Below are positions 30,301 to 42,882 of a stretch of DNA of 64,000 nt, in pieces (within the stretch, counting starts at the first letter, position 1; each line of letters opens with the position of its first letter). This DNA is from the human T2T-CHM13v2.0 reference genome, Homo sapiens: NCBI RefSeq assembly GCF_009914755.1, contig NC_060926.1; one strand, 5' to 3'. The notes beneath the pieces are model-generated. The model worked only from the letters and a program-made list of their open reading frames with translations. It did no database searches and was not told where the DNA came from. The position numbers were made by a program, and so were the translations under genes.

Positions 30301-31516
30301 AAAAAGGTGCCATTTAAAAATCCTCTATAATATGTTAAATACATTTTTTTGATAGAATGTATTAGATGTAATTTTACTTTTTAATATGCAAAATTATTGG
30401 TTTGCCTGTTTAATCAGCAATATGATAGGCTTTGTGACTGTTTTCTTGTTATATAGGTTATCATATTTGCCCTGAGTGAACCTGTTGTATCAGCCCAGCT
30501 CTTAACTAATTTGTTCCTTTTTAATGTGTTAGAGCCAGAATAAGAAATAACCAAAATTAGTAGCATTTTATGTTAGTCATGGGTTAGTAACCTTGAATAA
30601 AGACTTGAGGTCTTCTCTGGCCAAGTGTAAGAGACGCCCTGCCTTGAAAATAGTGCTTTTGAAGACTCAACTTTGTATCCTAGATGCTGGCCATGTTCCA
30701 GGTACTTAAGAGTATCATGAATCTGAAATCTGGAAAACAAAGGGCTTTATTTCAATTTTTAGCAAAATAACTTCAGAAATGTAGCTATTAATTTGACACA
30801 TACTTTGTAGAGTTACAGAGTTTGCACCAAATTCCACCATCTACAGATGAAGACCCAGAAATTTAGTAGTGGACACTTTTGTCCAGGGTCCCCTTGGGGT
30901 GTGTTGAGCCCTAGAACCCAGGACTCTGGACTTTCAGCCCATAGCTCTTGTCATTCTCCTTTACTAATAGGGACAGTATTGCCTATAGGGCTCTTATATG
31001 TGTAAGCTGTAGATTATGTATGTGGAATTATTAAATGTACCGTCTGTACCTAAATATTTCAGAATATTTAAATAGTAAAGATTAAGTAAAAAGAAGAATA
31101 AGTATGTCAAAACATTAATGAAGATTCTGGGACTGAGAATATGTTTTGAGGTCTTCAGTACCAGATTTGATTGCTATAAGACTTCCTCTCCTGACTTTGG
31201 TAAGAGCCAAGTGGCCTATAGGGGAAGAAGGGGCTATCAAACCTACTAGCTATAGAATTTTCCAGGAGGTATGTATTTGCAAACTAAAGCTTCTAAAATG
31301 GTAGTTTAGATTTGGTTTTCACCTCCAGAATTGTCAGCAAAAGGATAAAAATTTTAGCTCAAAGTTAACAGGGCCTGGAATCCAGGCAAAATAACACTAA
31401 TAATCAACTTAATCACTAATAATCTACACATTTCCAGTGTGTGTTATAGTGTCCAAAGTGCCTTATATGAGCTAACTCATTTTGTTCTCACAGCAACCGG
31501 GGAGATAGTTACTATT

Positions 31517-31897
31517 TGTATTAGTTTGTTCTCACATGGCTATAAAGAAATTCCTGAAACTGGGTAAGGGTTTATGGAGAAAAGAGGTTTAACTGGCTCT
31601 TGGTGTTGCAGGCTCTACAGGAAGCATGGCTGGGGAGGCCTCAGGAAACTTACAGTCATAGCGGAAGGTGAGGGGAAGCAGGCAACGTCTTACATGACCA
31701 GAGTAGGAGGAAGAGAGAGAAGGGGGAGGTTCCACACACTTTTAAACAACCAGATCTTGGATAACTTGCTCACTGTCACGAAAACAGCACTAAAGAGTGA
31801 ATCCTCCCTCATGATCCAGTCACTTTCCACAAGGCCCTACCTTCAACATTGGGGATTACATGAGATTTGGGCAGGGACACAGACTCAAACCATATTA
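31517..31897 (-). mobile_element. MST (MSTA-like) MaLR solo LTR inserted in a MIR
   Basis: TGTATTAG...AAACCATATTA with perfect 5-bp TSD CTATT. MIR sequence on both sides (tcacagcaacc... / ...ccgtttgcagatgatgaaactgaggc). Confidence 0.9.
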
Positions 31898-33345
31898 CTA
31901 TTATTATCCCCGTTTGCAGATGATGAAACTGAGGCATGGAGGAGTTAGATCTTGAATGTTAAGTTGTACATATAGTTGATTTCATCTGCATTCTGGCTCT
32001 GGATCTCCACCGGCTGTCTAAAGAGGCACCCCCATATAGCTGCAAGTGCAAAGGATATCCAGATTTTCACCAGGCTTTCTCCTTTTCCTTAGAGAGAGAA
32101 TGTGGGATTTTTGTGGGTGACACAGATTTACATTGGTTCTTGGGAAGGTCCAGCCCTTTTTTAGTTGTGTGTTGACACTTTATAGAATGGATCATCACAT
32201 TAAGAAGGGTTAGATTTAAAGTCTAGAGTTCTCAGACAAGACAAAATAATTTATTTCCTGTTAAATTAACATATGCCTCATAGAGGCTACCAGATTTCAT
32301 GAAATTTCTTACCAAGTCTCTTCTAGACAAGCCTTTTGTTTTTGCCTCACCACAACAATTTCTGCAAACAAAAGGTGGTATCTTTCTACACGGTTATTCT
32401 TTGTCATATTTAAGCAACTTTTGCAGAGGAAAAGGCTTATGGGTGGGGATTCATTACCACATGCTGACCCTGGACCCTGTAGGATGGTAGGAAAATAAAG
32501 TAGAAGCAAAGCAGAATAGGGATGCAAAAAGTAGTAACTTCAGCTGAAAAGTGAAATGTAGTGGGCTAAGCCTTTGCTCTCAAGGTTCACCAAGTGGAGC
32601 TGATGTTTCGCTAGGCAGAAGAAAACTTCAGTTTAGGAGTCTTTCTCCAGGCCTTGTCCACCTACTCACACTACAGGCTGTCATGGACCTTAACGTTCCT
32701 AGGTTCCCACTGTTTGGTTTTTACTCTTTCAAGCATTTCGTCAGTTATAGCTTGAAATCTGTATTTCCATATTGAGGTAAACAGAGTACCTTCATTTGGA
32801 TTTTACCTTTTAGATTGCAGATCTAGTCTGTTTATTTTTCTGGATGTTTGCTCTCTGAAGGGTAAAGCCCGTCATGCTTAATCATCATTTGCATTTTTTT
32901 CTTAACTTCTCTGCTGTTCACAAAACAATCTAATTCTTTAAGCAGGTGTGTAGTCATGTCCCTTGGTTTTATCTAAGTAAAATGAGAAAAATCTTGTTTT
33001 CCAATCAATCATACTTGCATTTTGACATGAAACAGCAGGTATTTGTCAAAATTAATTGTTAGATAAACCTGTATAAGTGAAAAAGAGTGGGATGGCTGAA
33101 ATCATTTTTAAAAGTGGAAAAAGGTGCTCAGAGGATCTGAAAAATGTTGGATTGGATTGTACCTTACCTTGCAATAAAAGGAGATTCACATCTATTTAAG
33201 GACTCTTGCTTTTCAACATTCACATAGTGAGATATAAATGCAGGGCTATTTTTTTTAACTATAAGAAAGTATATTTAAAATTTGACCATTGATAAAACTA
33301 TGACATCCCATATGATAAGTTGCAGTCAGATGCTTGCATGGTAGG

Positions 33346-33775
33346 TGATATGGTTTGGATCTGTGGCCCCACCGAATGTCATGTCGAATTGTAATCCCCA
33401 GTGGTGGAGGTGGGGCCTGGTGGGAGGTGATTGGAGCATGGGGGCAGACTTCTCATGCATGGGTTAGCACTGTATCCCCCTGGGTACTGTCCTCACAATA
33501 GTGAGTTGAGTTCTAATGAAATCTGGTTGTTTATAAGTATGCAGCACCACCCCCCTTGCATCCTCTTCCTCCTGCTCTGGCCATGTGAAATGCCGGCCTC
33601 CCACCTTCACCTTCCACTGTGATTGTAAGTTTTTTGAGGCCTTCCCAGAAGCTGAGCAGATGCCACCATGCTTCCTGTATAGCCTACAGAACTGTGAACC
33701 AATTAAACCACTTTTCTTTATAAATTACTCAGGCTCAGGTATTTCTTTATAGCAATGCGAGAAAGTACTAATACA
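33346..33775 (+). mobile_element. MSTA-like MaLR solo LTR (430 bp)
   Basis: TGATATGGTTTGGATCTG...CTAATACA with perfect 5-bp TSD GTAGG. Confidence 0.92.
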
Positions 33776-34128
33776 GTAGGATTTATTGTATGGCTTTTTC
33801 CTGCGTGCTTCATTTAAAAATGTACTTTTCTTAATGAGATTTTGTCTGAATGTCCACTGTTGTGTATTTTTAAGCCGTAGTCTAATACTTTTGTTTGGTC
33901 TCACTGATATAAAAATGCAAACTTGCCTTTTAAGTTTATAGGTGTCTTTAAGCTTTCCTGGGTCTTTTATTTCCTGATAGACTTTATTTTAGCCCGTAAA
34001 TTTATAGGCTGGTATTCAATGGTGATTATAGAGCACAGATCTGCAGACCAATGATCCTGTGCAGCCTGCTTGGGCTTCCCTCATTTCTAGGTCTGTCTCT
34101 CAGTGGAGGTAAGGGTTTAATGAAATGA

Positions 34129-34465
<337 letters not shown>

Positions 34466-34503
34466 GCCTAGTTTACTTTTTATCACTTTACTAACAGGTC
34501 TTA

Positions 34504-34842
<339 letters not shown>

Positions 34843-35528
34843 TTAGTAAAGCCCCCTGCTTTTCAAATATCACCTAATGAAGCTAAACATAGCATGCATT
34901 GAGGTACCTACTAAGTTCCAGGTGCTGAAATAGGCATTTTGTATTTGAGTAGTAAAGACCTTGTCTTATTTCTGAGAAGTCATCAACAACATAAGACTTG
35001 TAACAAACGCACCTTATAACTCTATGAATAATTTTCTCAATTTTTCTCTCTGAGATCGCTGGCAAAGTTTTGTCCAAAACCAAGGATTCATTAAAATGGC
35101 AGCTTGTCATGATGAAGCAATGAATATCCCAAGTTACTTGTTCATCCTCAGTAGTGAAGTTAGAGACCTGTTGTCACCAAACCATCATATGAAAAGAAGA
35201 TAGCAATAGATGTTTATATTAGTTTCTTTTTCATTGTCAGAAGTCTTTGTACTTTTGAGACATAGAAGAATAGCTGTTAAATCAAAAGCAGTTTTTTTGT
35301 AAAGAGATAATGTTTTTGGAAAAGTGACTGCTCATTATAAAATGTCAAGTCGATACAAAAAGAATACAAAGAAAAAGTGAAAAACAGATTCGTATTCAGA
35401 AGTAACCATTATTAATATTGTTAAACTTAATTCAGAGAACTCTGTATGTATACTGATAGAAGGCTTGATAGTGTACACATATGAGATTATTCTATAATGA
35501 TATTTTAAATATAAATGATTAAATTTAA

Positions 35529-35887
<359 letters not shown>

Positions 35888-36549
35888 TGTATTTTCTTTA
35901 CCTCTGTATTTTTGACATTGTAATGAACTTGTATTATTTTCATAGTTAAAATTATATAACAAAAAATAAACTATGGTAATAAGTTTTATGTAATGAAGAC
36001 AAGTATCAGTAGTGGCTGTGTGACACATGAGTGATTCCTTCTCTCCTCCTGAGCCCGTGGCTTTGACATTAGCTAATAGTTGTAGGAGTCTTTCCTTTGG
36101 ATCCCAGACTTGAGCTCAGAATCTTTATCAACATAGTTTTGTAGATTGTCAGACCCAATTGACTGCAGTTAGTCTTGAATTGAGACTCATTTCCTAGACT
36201 TGGTCTCTTTATTTAGTTCCTTCCTAGTTTTTGCTTTCTAATTATGCATCATAGTTATGAAGTGCATATACTGTGCATGAAATCACATTAGGAGGAATTA
36301 TACGTGGAGGAACTCATGGTCTGTGATTCTAATTATGAGCACCTTCTTTTGGGGCTTAATAAATATTAAATTTAAAAGAAAAACAAATGAAATGAAAGGA
36401 ATTGGTGAAGATCAGACAAATACTGTATTTCTTTATAACAAAACATATTACTTGCTAAAAAAATCCTACTAAAGTTGTGAAGAACTTTGTATGGAGTCGT
36501 TTAAAAAGAAATGCCTCAGATTGTATATTTAAGAAGAGAAGAAATTTAT

Positions 36550-37560
36550 ATACTAAGACTTCTTTCACTTCATTCTCACCTGTTATAATGTTCTTTTTAC
36601 ATTGCCAAGATTTATTAAATTTGTGTTTTGTTTAGTAACCACAATAAATACCAATTCTTTACTTAAAATAACTGGGCCCATCATGGGTCTTTTTAGCATG
36701 GTTTCTCCATACTTCCTGGATTATTTGTGTTTGGCTTGACTGGAATTAATTAAAAAGCAGATTGTCTGAGAAAGACTTTTGAGTGTTGTATTTCATGAGT
36801 TCTTCAACAGTTGGGAAGTGTTTGAAGAATAACTTGGCTGGACATGAAATTTTGAATCATACTTTCCCTGGGACTTTATAGAAATGGCTCAGCTTAAGCT
36901 GGAGATTTGCTCAGTGAGTGTGAGGCCACCTAGTTTTTCCTTTTAGAGAGCTCGCTTTTTCAGCCTTAGATGGTCATATGATTTTTCTTTATCAGTAACT
37001 TCCAGGTGTACTAACACTATTTATGTTCATTGTTTTACCAGTTTTTCCAGGAACATGGTATAGTTTTTTGAGCTGCAAATTCAAGTCTTTCTTTGATTTT
37101 AGGAAAGTTCTGTTCTGTTATATTTTTACCTATTTTTTTCTCTTCCATGTGTTTTATTTAGGAGTACCTACCAACAAGATGTATCTTTTATCTTTTTTGT
37201 CTATCATCTCTATACCATTTTATCATTGATTCCTGACTGTATTTTCGTTGTTTTTCCTTTTTCTAATTTGGGTTGCACCCTTGTACTATTTATTTTTTAT
37301 TTCATTTTTTTCTCTCCTGAGCTTTGCCAGCTGCCTTTTCATGTTCTTTTATGATGTCTCTTTGAAGTCCTTTTACAAAAGAGGTTCTTTCTATAATTTC
37401 TTTGAGATCAGAGTATTTGAACATTTCCTCTGTTTTCTTATGATGCATATCCTTCATCTCCCCTGCGGTTTGCTACTTTCCTTCTTTCTTTTCTTCCTGG
37501 TTATCTGTGTTCTTTTCTTTCTCATTATGATTCTTCCATGCATGGGGACAGCTATTTGCT
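36550..37560 (-). mobile_element. HAL1 / old L1 ORF1-like fragment
   Basis: ttggctggacatgaaattttgaatcatactttcc and aattcaagtctttctttgattttaggaaagtt resemble antisense HAL1. T-rich. Edges approximate. Confidence 0.55.
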
Positions 37561-38850
37561 GAAGCAGAGTGTGGGGAGGAGAGCCAGTGGGGACAGGGAG
37601 GGAAGAGTGAGCCAGGGTTCCACAGCTTGTTTGGAGTTTGTTGTTTTGATCACTCTTCACCAGTCTGTTGTTCTCTGCCTTGGAGGGGTGCATCCCTCCC
37701 TAGGGGCATAATCAGGACAGTGGAGCTCATAGCAGAACCTCCTTGGAGCTCTGTGTGGCAAGCAGGCGTTTGAACTTTCACATTTCTTCACTTCACCCCT
37801 AGAAGGTCCTCTGACCTGTTGAAATTCTGGGGATGCATGTGTTGGCTTAGACTTCTCAGTATTTAGCTTTGTAGTTTTTAGCAGCTTGAAATTGGACTAA
37901 TTTCTTTCTGTAGGGAATGTGTAGTAATTTTTTATTCCTCTTTTTTTATTCCTTTGTTGCTATTTATGAGGAACTTATCTGTGCAAGGAATCCAAATAAG
38001 GAAAAATTAATGATAGTCTAAGACAGAAAATGAGAGGGAAGGAAACATTTTCATTCCCTGGAAGTATTTTGATTGTTACATATTTCCCTAGGTATGTTAC
38101 AGTGTCAGTGGCCTTGGATGACAAGGTAACGAATGAGGTTCTGTTAACTAGGAACATTCACTGAGGTATTCAACACTAGGTGCAGATGACTGGGATTTGG
38201 AATATTTAGAAGGTAATTTCAATGACATATGTGGTGAAATGTAGGTAACTGTAGGAAATGGTGTAATGCTTAGAATTCACATAAAAGAGATAAAGAGAAC
38301 TGATAGCCACATGCTTATTTCATGAGATTATGGGTTTAAAAATTAGAATTACTTTCAATTTTCTAAACAAGCTGCTTAATAGCCTCTTAAAGGACGAACA
38401 AATTCAAATTCTTCTCTAGTTAAGAATTGTAAGAATGATCAGGCATGAGACACAGAAAAAAGGAAAAAAGCCTCATTATGCTATTACTTCACTCATCATT
38501 TCTGATTTTAAATTGCAGTTTAGTGTGGGTATTTAAATTGCTAGCTATTTCAAAAATGTCCTCTGGTTTTAGATACTATAATCAGCTGAAAAGGCTATTG
38601 AGTGCCGTTACATGGCCTCAAGATCTAAAAACTTTTGTATAAAAATAGAACAATTTATAATACTGATCTGACCCTCTGAGCATGCATGTGAAGACATTCC
38701 TAGAATAACCCTTTTTAGAATTATTGGATGTTCTAAATAGTCTAACAATGTAACGTATTGTCTTTGATGAAAAAATAGAAACTCTGAAAAAGACTTTTTT
38801 TTTGAGCAAAAAGCATCTGGAAGTGCCTTGAACTATATAAAATGAGTGCA

Positions 38851-41206
38851 CAGATATACCTAGTTTTATGTTCTTCACTTAATTGTGCTTTGCAGATATT
38901 GTGCTTCTAACAAGTTGAAGGTTTTTGGGAGCCGTGCATTGAGCAAGTCTATTGGCACCATTTTTCCAACAGCGCATGCTCACTTCTCTGTCTGTGTCAT
39001 ATTTTGGTAATTCTCGCAGTATTTCAGACTTTTTCATTATTATTTAAATTATTATGATCTGTGATCAGTGATGTTTGATGTTACTATTATGGTTGTTTTG
39101 GGGGTACCACAGACTGTACCCATAGAATCCAGTGAACTTTATGGATAAATGTGTATGTCCTGGCTTCTCCACTGACTGGCCATTCCCCTTCTCTCTCCCT
39201 CTCTGGCCTCCTTATTCCATGAAACACAACAATTTTGAAATTAGGTCAATTAACAACCTTATACCGGCCTCTATGTGTTTAAGTGAAAGGAAGAGTCACA
39301 TGTCTCTCACTTGAAATTAAAAGGTAGGAATTACTAAGCATAGTTTCAAGGCATGTTGAAAGCTGAGACAGGTTGAAACTGAGGCCTCTTGAGTCAGTTA
39401 GCAAAGTTGTGAATGCAAAGGAAAAGTTTCTGAAGGAAATTAAATGTGCTATTCCAGTGAACACAGGAATGATAAGAAAGTGAAACAGCCTTGTTGCTGA
39501 TATGGAGAAAGTTTTAATGTTCTGGATAGAAGATCAAACCAGCCAAAACATTCCATTCAGTGAAAGCTGAATCCAGAGCATATCTCCCCTCAATTTTATG
39601 AAGACAGAGAGAGATGAAAAAGCTGCAGAAGAAAAGTTTGAAGCTAGCAGAATTTGGTTCATGAGATTTAAGGAAAGAAGCTGTTTCCATAACATAAAAG
39701 TGCAAGGTAAAGCAGCAAGTGCTAATGTAGAAGCTGAAGCAAGTTATCCAGAACATCTAGCTAAGATAATTAATAAAAGTGGCTACACTAAACAACAGAT
39801 TTTCAATGTAGATGAAACAGCCTTCCTATTGGAAGAAGACTCCATCTAGGACTTTCCTAACTAGAGAGGAGAACTCAAAACCTGGCTTCGACGCTGCAAA
39901 GAACAGGCTGACTCTTGTTTGGTGATAATGCAGCTTGTGACTTTAGGTTGAAGCCAGTGCTCATTTAGCATTCTGAAAATCCTAGAGCCCTTAAGAATTA
40001 TGCGAAATCTGTTCTGCCTGTGCTCCATAAATGGAACAACAAAGCCTGGGTGACAGCACATCTGTTTACAATATGGTTTACTGAATATTTTAAGCACACT
40101 GTTGAGACCTATGGCACAGGACAAAAAAAGATTCCTTTTTAAAATATTACTGCTCATTGACAATGCACCTGGCCACCAAAGAGTGCTGATGGAGATGTAC
40201 GAGGTTAATGTTGTTTTTATGCCTGATAACACAACATCCATTCTGAAGCCCATGAATCAAGGAGTAATTTCAACTTTCAAGTCTTATTATTTCAGAAATA
40301 CATTTTGTATTACATTTTGTAAAGTGATAGTTGCCATAGATCGTGATTACTCTATTGGGTCTGGGCAAAGTAAATAGAAAACCTTCTGGAAAGGATTAAC
40401 CATTCTGGATTCCATTAAGAACATTCCTAATTAATGGAAGGAGGTGAAAATATAAACATTTACAGGAGTTTGGAATAAGTTGATTTCAACCCTCATGGAT
40501 GACTTTGAGGGGTTCAAGAGTTCAGTGGAGGAAGTCACTGCAGACGTGGTAGAAAGACAGTAAGAGAGGAACAACTAGAAGTGGAGCCCGAAGATGTGAC
40601 TGAACTGCTGCAATCTCATGATAAGACTTGAATGGATGAAGAGTTACTTAAGTGGTTTCATGAGATGGAATCTACTGCTGGTGAAGTTGCTGTGAACATT
40701 GTTGAAATGACAGCAAAGGATTTAGAATATTACATAAACTTGGTTGGGCAGAGTTTGAGAGGATTGACTCCAATTTTGAAAGAAGTTCTGCTGCGGGTAA
40801 AATGCTGTCACACAGCATCACATGCTACAGAGAAATCTTTCATGAAGAGTCAATCAATGAGACAAACTTCATTGTTGTCTTATTTCAATAAATTGGCACA
40901 GCCACTCTAGCCTTCAGCAACCACTGATCACTCAGTTCAGCAGCCATCAACATCAAGACAAGACCCTCTACCAGCAAAATGATTACAACTTGCTGAAGGG
41001 CTCAGGTGATCATTAGCGTTTTTTAGCAATAAAGTATTTTTAGATATAATGCTATTACATGCATAATAGACTAGAGTACAGTATAGTGTAAACCTACCTT
41101 TTATGTACACTGGGGAACCAAAAAATTGTGTAACTTGCTTTATTGTGATACTTGCTTTATTGTGGTAGTCTGGAACAGATCCTGCAGTATCCCCAAGGTA
41201 TGCCTG
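38851..41206 (+). mobile_element. Tigger1 (TcMar-Tigger DNA transposon), near full length, decayed transposase
   Basis: TIRs CAGATATACCT / AGGTATGCCTG followed by TA. Transposase fragments [28 protein letters not shown] and [13 protein letters not shown]...[14 protein letters not shown] (pogo-type DDE motifs). Confidence 0.95.
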
Positions 41207-41552
41207 TATCTCAGTATAGTCGTGATCATAGGTCTTGCTTTTCTTTAGATTCACTGTTGGTGTTATCATCCATGAATTTCACCTTCCTGTGTACAAACAT
41301 CTCTTATTACAGTAGGAGAATATGGGAGTCAGAAAAGGAAGACATTTATTGTCATTATGAACTCAGAAATATGTTTTCTAGTGATCATTGAAACAACTGA
41401 GATTGATATTTTCCAGCCACGGCAGTTTTGGTGATTGAAAGCAAGATCTGTTTTTTAAAAATTAAATATAAGTTTGCACATTCTTCCAGGGAAGGGCACG
41501 GGATAATTTCCCTTGCCATTTTATTTTGAAACCAGCTTTGTTGTGGTGGCAC

Positions 41553-41588
41553 GCTCCATGAGATTTGCTCCATGAGATTTGCTCCATG
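41553..41588. repeat. 14-bp tandem repeat x2.6 (GCTCCATGAGATTT)
   Basis: Seen directly. Confidence 0.9.
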
Positions 41589-42134
41589 TTGCACCACACA
41601 CAGTCTTTGCTCCTGTGTCCTTCCATAGAAAAAAACAGTGTGGGGAAGGATTTGGTTTGTCTTACCCTTTAATCTTCTGCTCCTACAGCTCTCTGGTCTG
41701 ATAGTTCACTATTTTGGTAATAAAGTCAGATATAGTTCAAATCCTGTCTGGTCTATTATTTCGTGAAATTTTTGAACTTTTCCATGCTTTGGCATCCTCC
41801 AAGAACTTTTTCCTTTCTAAGTTTTACTGTTTTAATATAAATGGACTCCTATGTGAACACTTTTAGACTGGAGTCTAAAAGTGGCCTAATAGGCTTGCTA
41901 TTTTTAGAGAAGGAGAAAGTTGCCTTTTGTTCTCTCTGTGCTTTTCACCTCCCACATGTTCTTTAGAGTTTTTTTTCCTGTTCTGGTCTTAGTAGTGACA
42001 GCTTTCTAATTCCAGAGGCTTTTTCCTGGGTCTGTTTCTGGCTCATTTTGTCTCATACTCAAAATTTTTAATGTCAGAATTGGGCTGGGCTCTTCTCTTT
42101 CTATTATCTGTAAACATTTTGGGTTTCTTTTCCT

Positions 42135-42350
42135 CTAATTTATGAAAATTATGAAATGTACACATAAAGGAGTGGAAAATATATTCACCCAGTTTAAAGA
42201 AGAGTAATAAAATGGACATTCGTATATACCCACCATCCAGGTTGAGAAATAGAACATTGCTTGTGTCTCAGAAGCTCTCTGTGTTCCTCTCAGTCACGTT
42301 CCCCCACCCCAACTCCTACCCAAGGTAACCTCTCATCCTGAAGCTTACAT
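42135..42350 (-). mobile_element. L1ME-type 3' end fragment
   Basis: cccaccatccaggttgagaaatagaacattgc...cagaagctctctgtgttcct. Confidence 0.6.
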
Positions 42351-42524
42351 GGAAGATTTGGGCATTTTTATTAAAAAAAAAAAAAAGAAAGAAAAAGCCA
42401 AGTAGTGATAAAAAATAGTAACAATAGAATTTTCAGGAAAAAAATAAAGATAATGTAAATGCGTTTTTTTTCTAACATTCCACAAAAGAATAATTTGTTT
42501 AGGATTGAGGAGAGAATTAATGCT

Positions 42525-42882
42525 TGTCTTAGTCTGCTCAGGCTGCTATAGCAAAATTTCATCAACTGGGAAGCTTAAACAACATTTATTTCTCACAGTT
42601 TTGGAGGCTAGGAAGTCTAAGATCAAGGCACCTCAAGATTTAGTGGCTGGCAGAGACCCTCTTCCTGGCTTATAGACAAGCCACCTTCTTGCTGTGTCTT
42701 CATATGGTAGAGAGAGAGAGGGAGAGACAAAGTTCTTTGGTCTCTTCTTAAAAAAGAGAGGACTTCACCCCTTTGCCCTCATCTAAACCTAATTACCTCC
42801 TAAAAGCCCCATCTCCTAGTACCATCACATTGGGGGTTAGGGCCTCAATATATGAATTTTGGGAGGGCACAGACGTTCACTC
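42525..42882 (-). mobile_element. MLT1A0-like MaLR LTR
   Basis: TGTCTTAGTCTGCTCAGGCTGCTATA...tttatttctcacagttttggaggctaggaagtc...accatcacattgggggttagg. Confidence 0.85.

Noticed and set aside
39598-40910. DDE transposase ORFs as an active or domesticated TIGD gene
   Set aside because: Fragmented across frames with many stops inside a TIR-bounded Tigger1.
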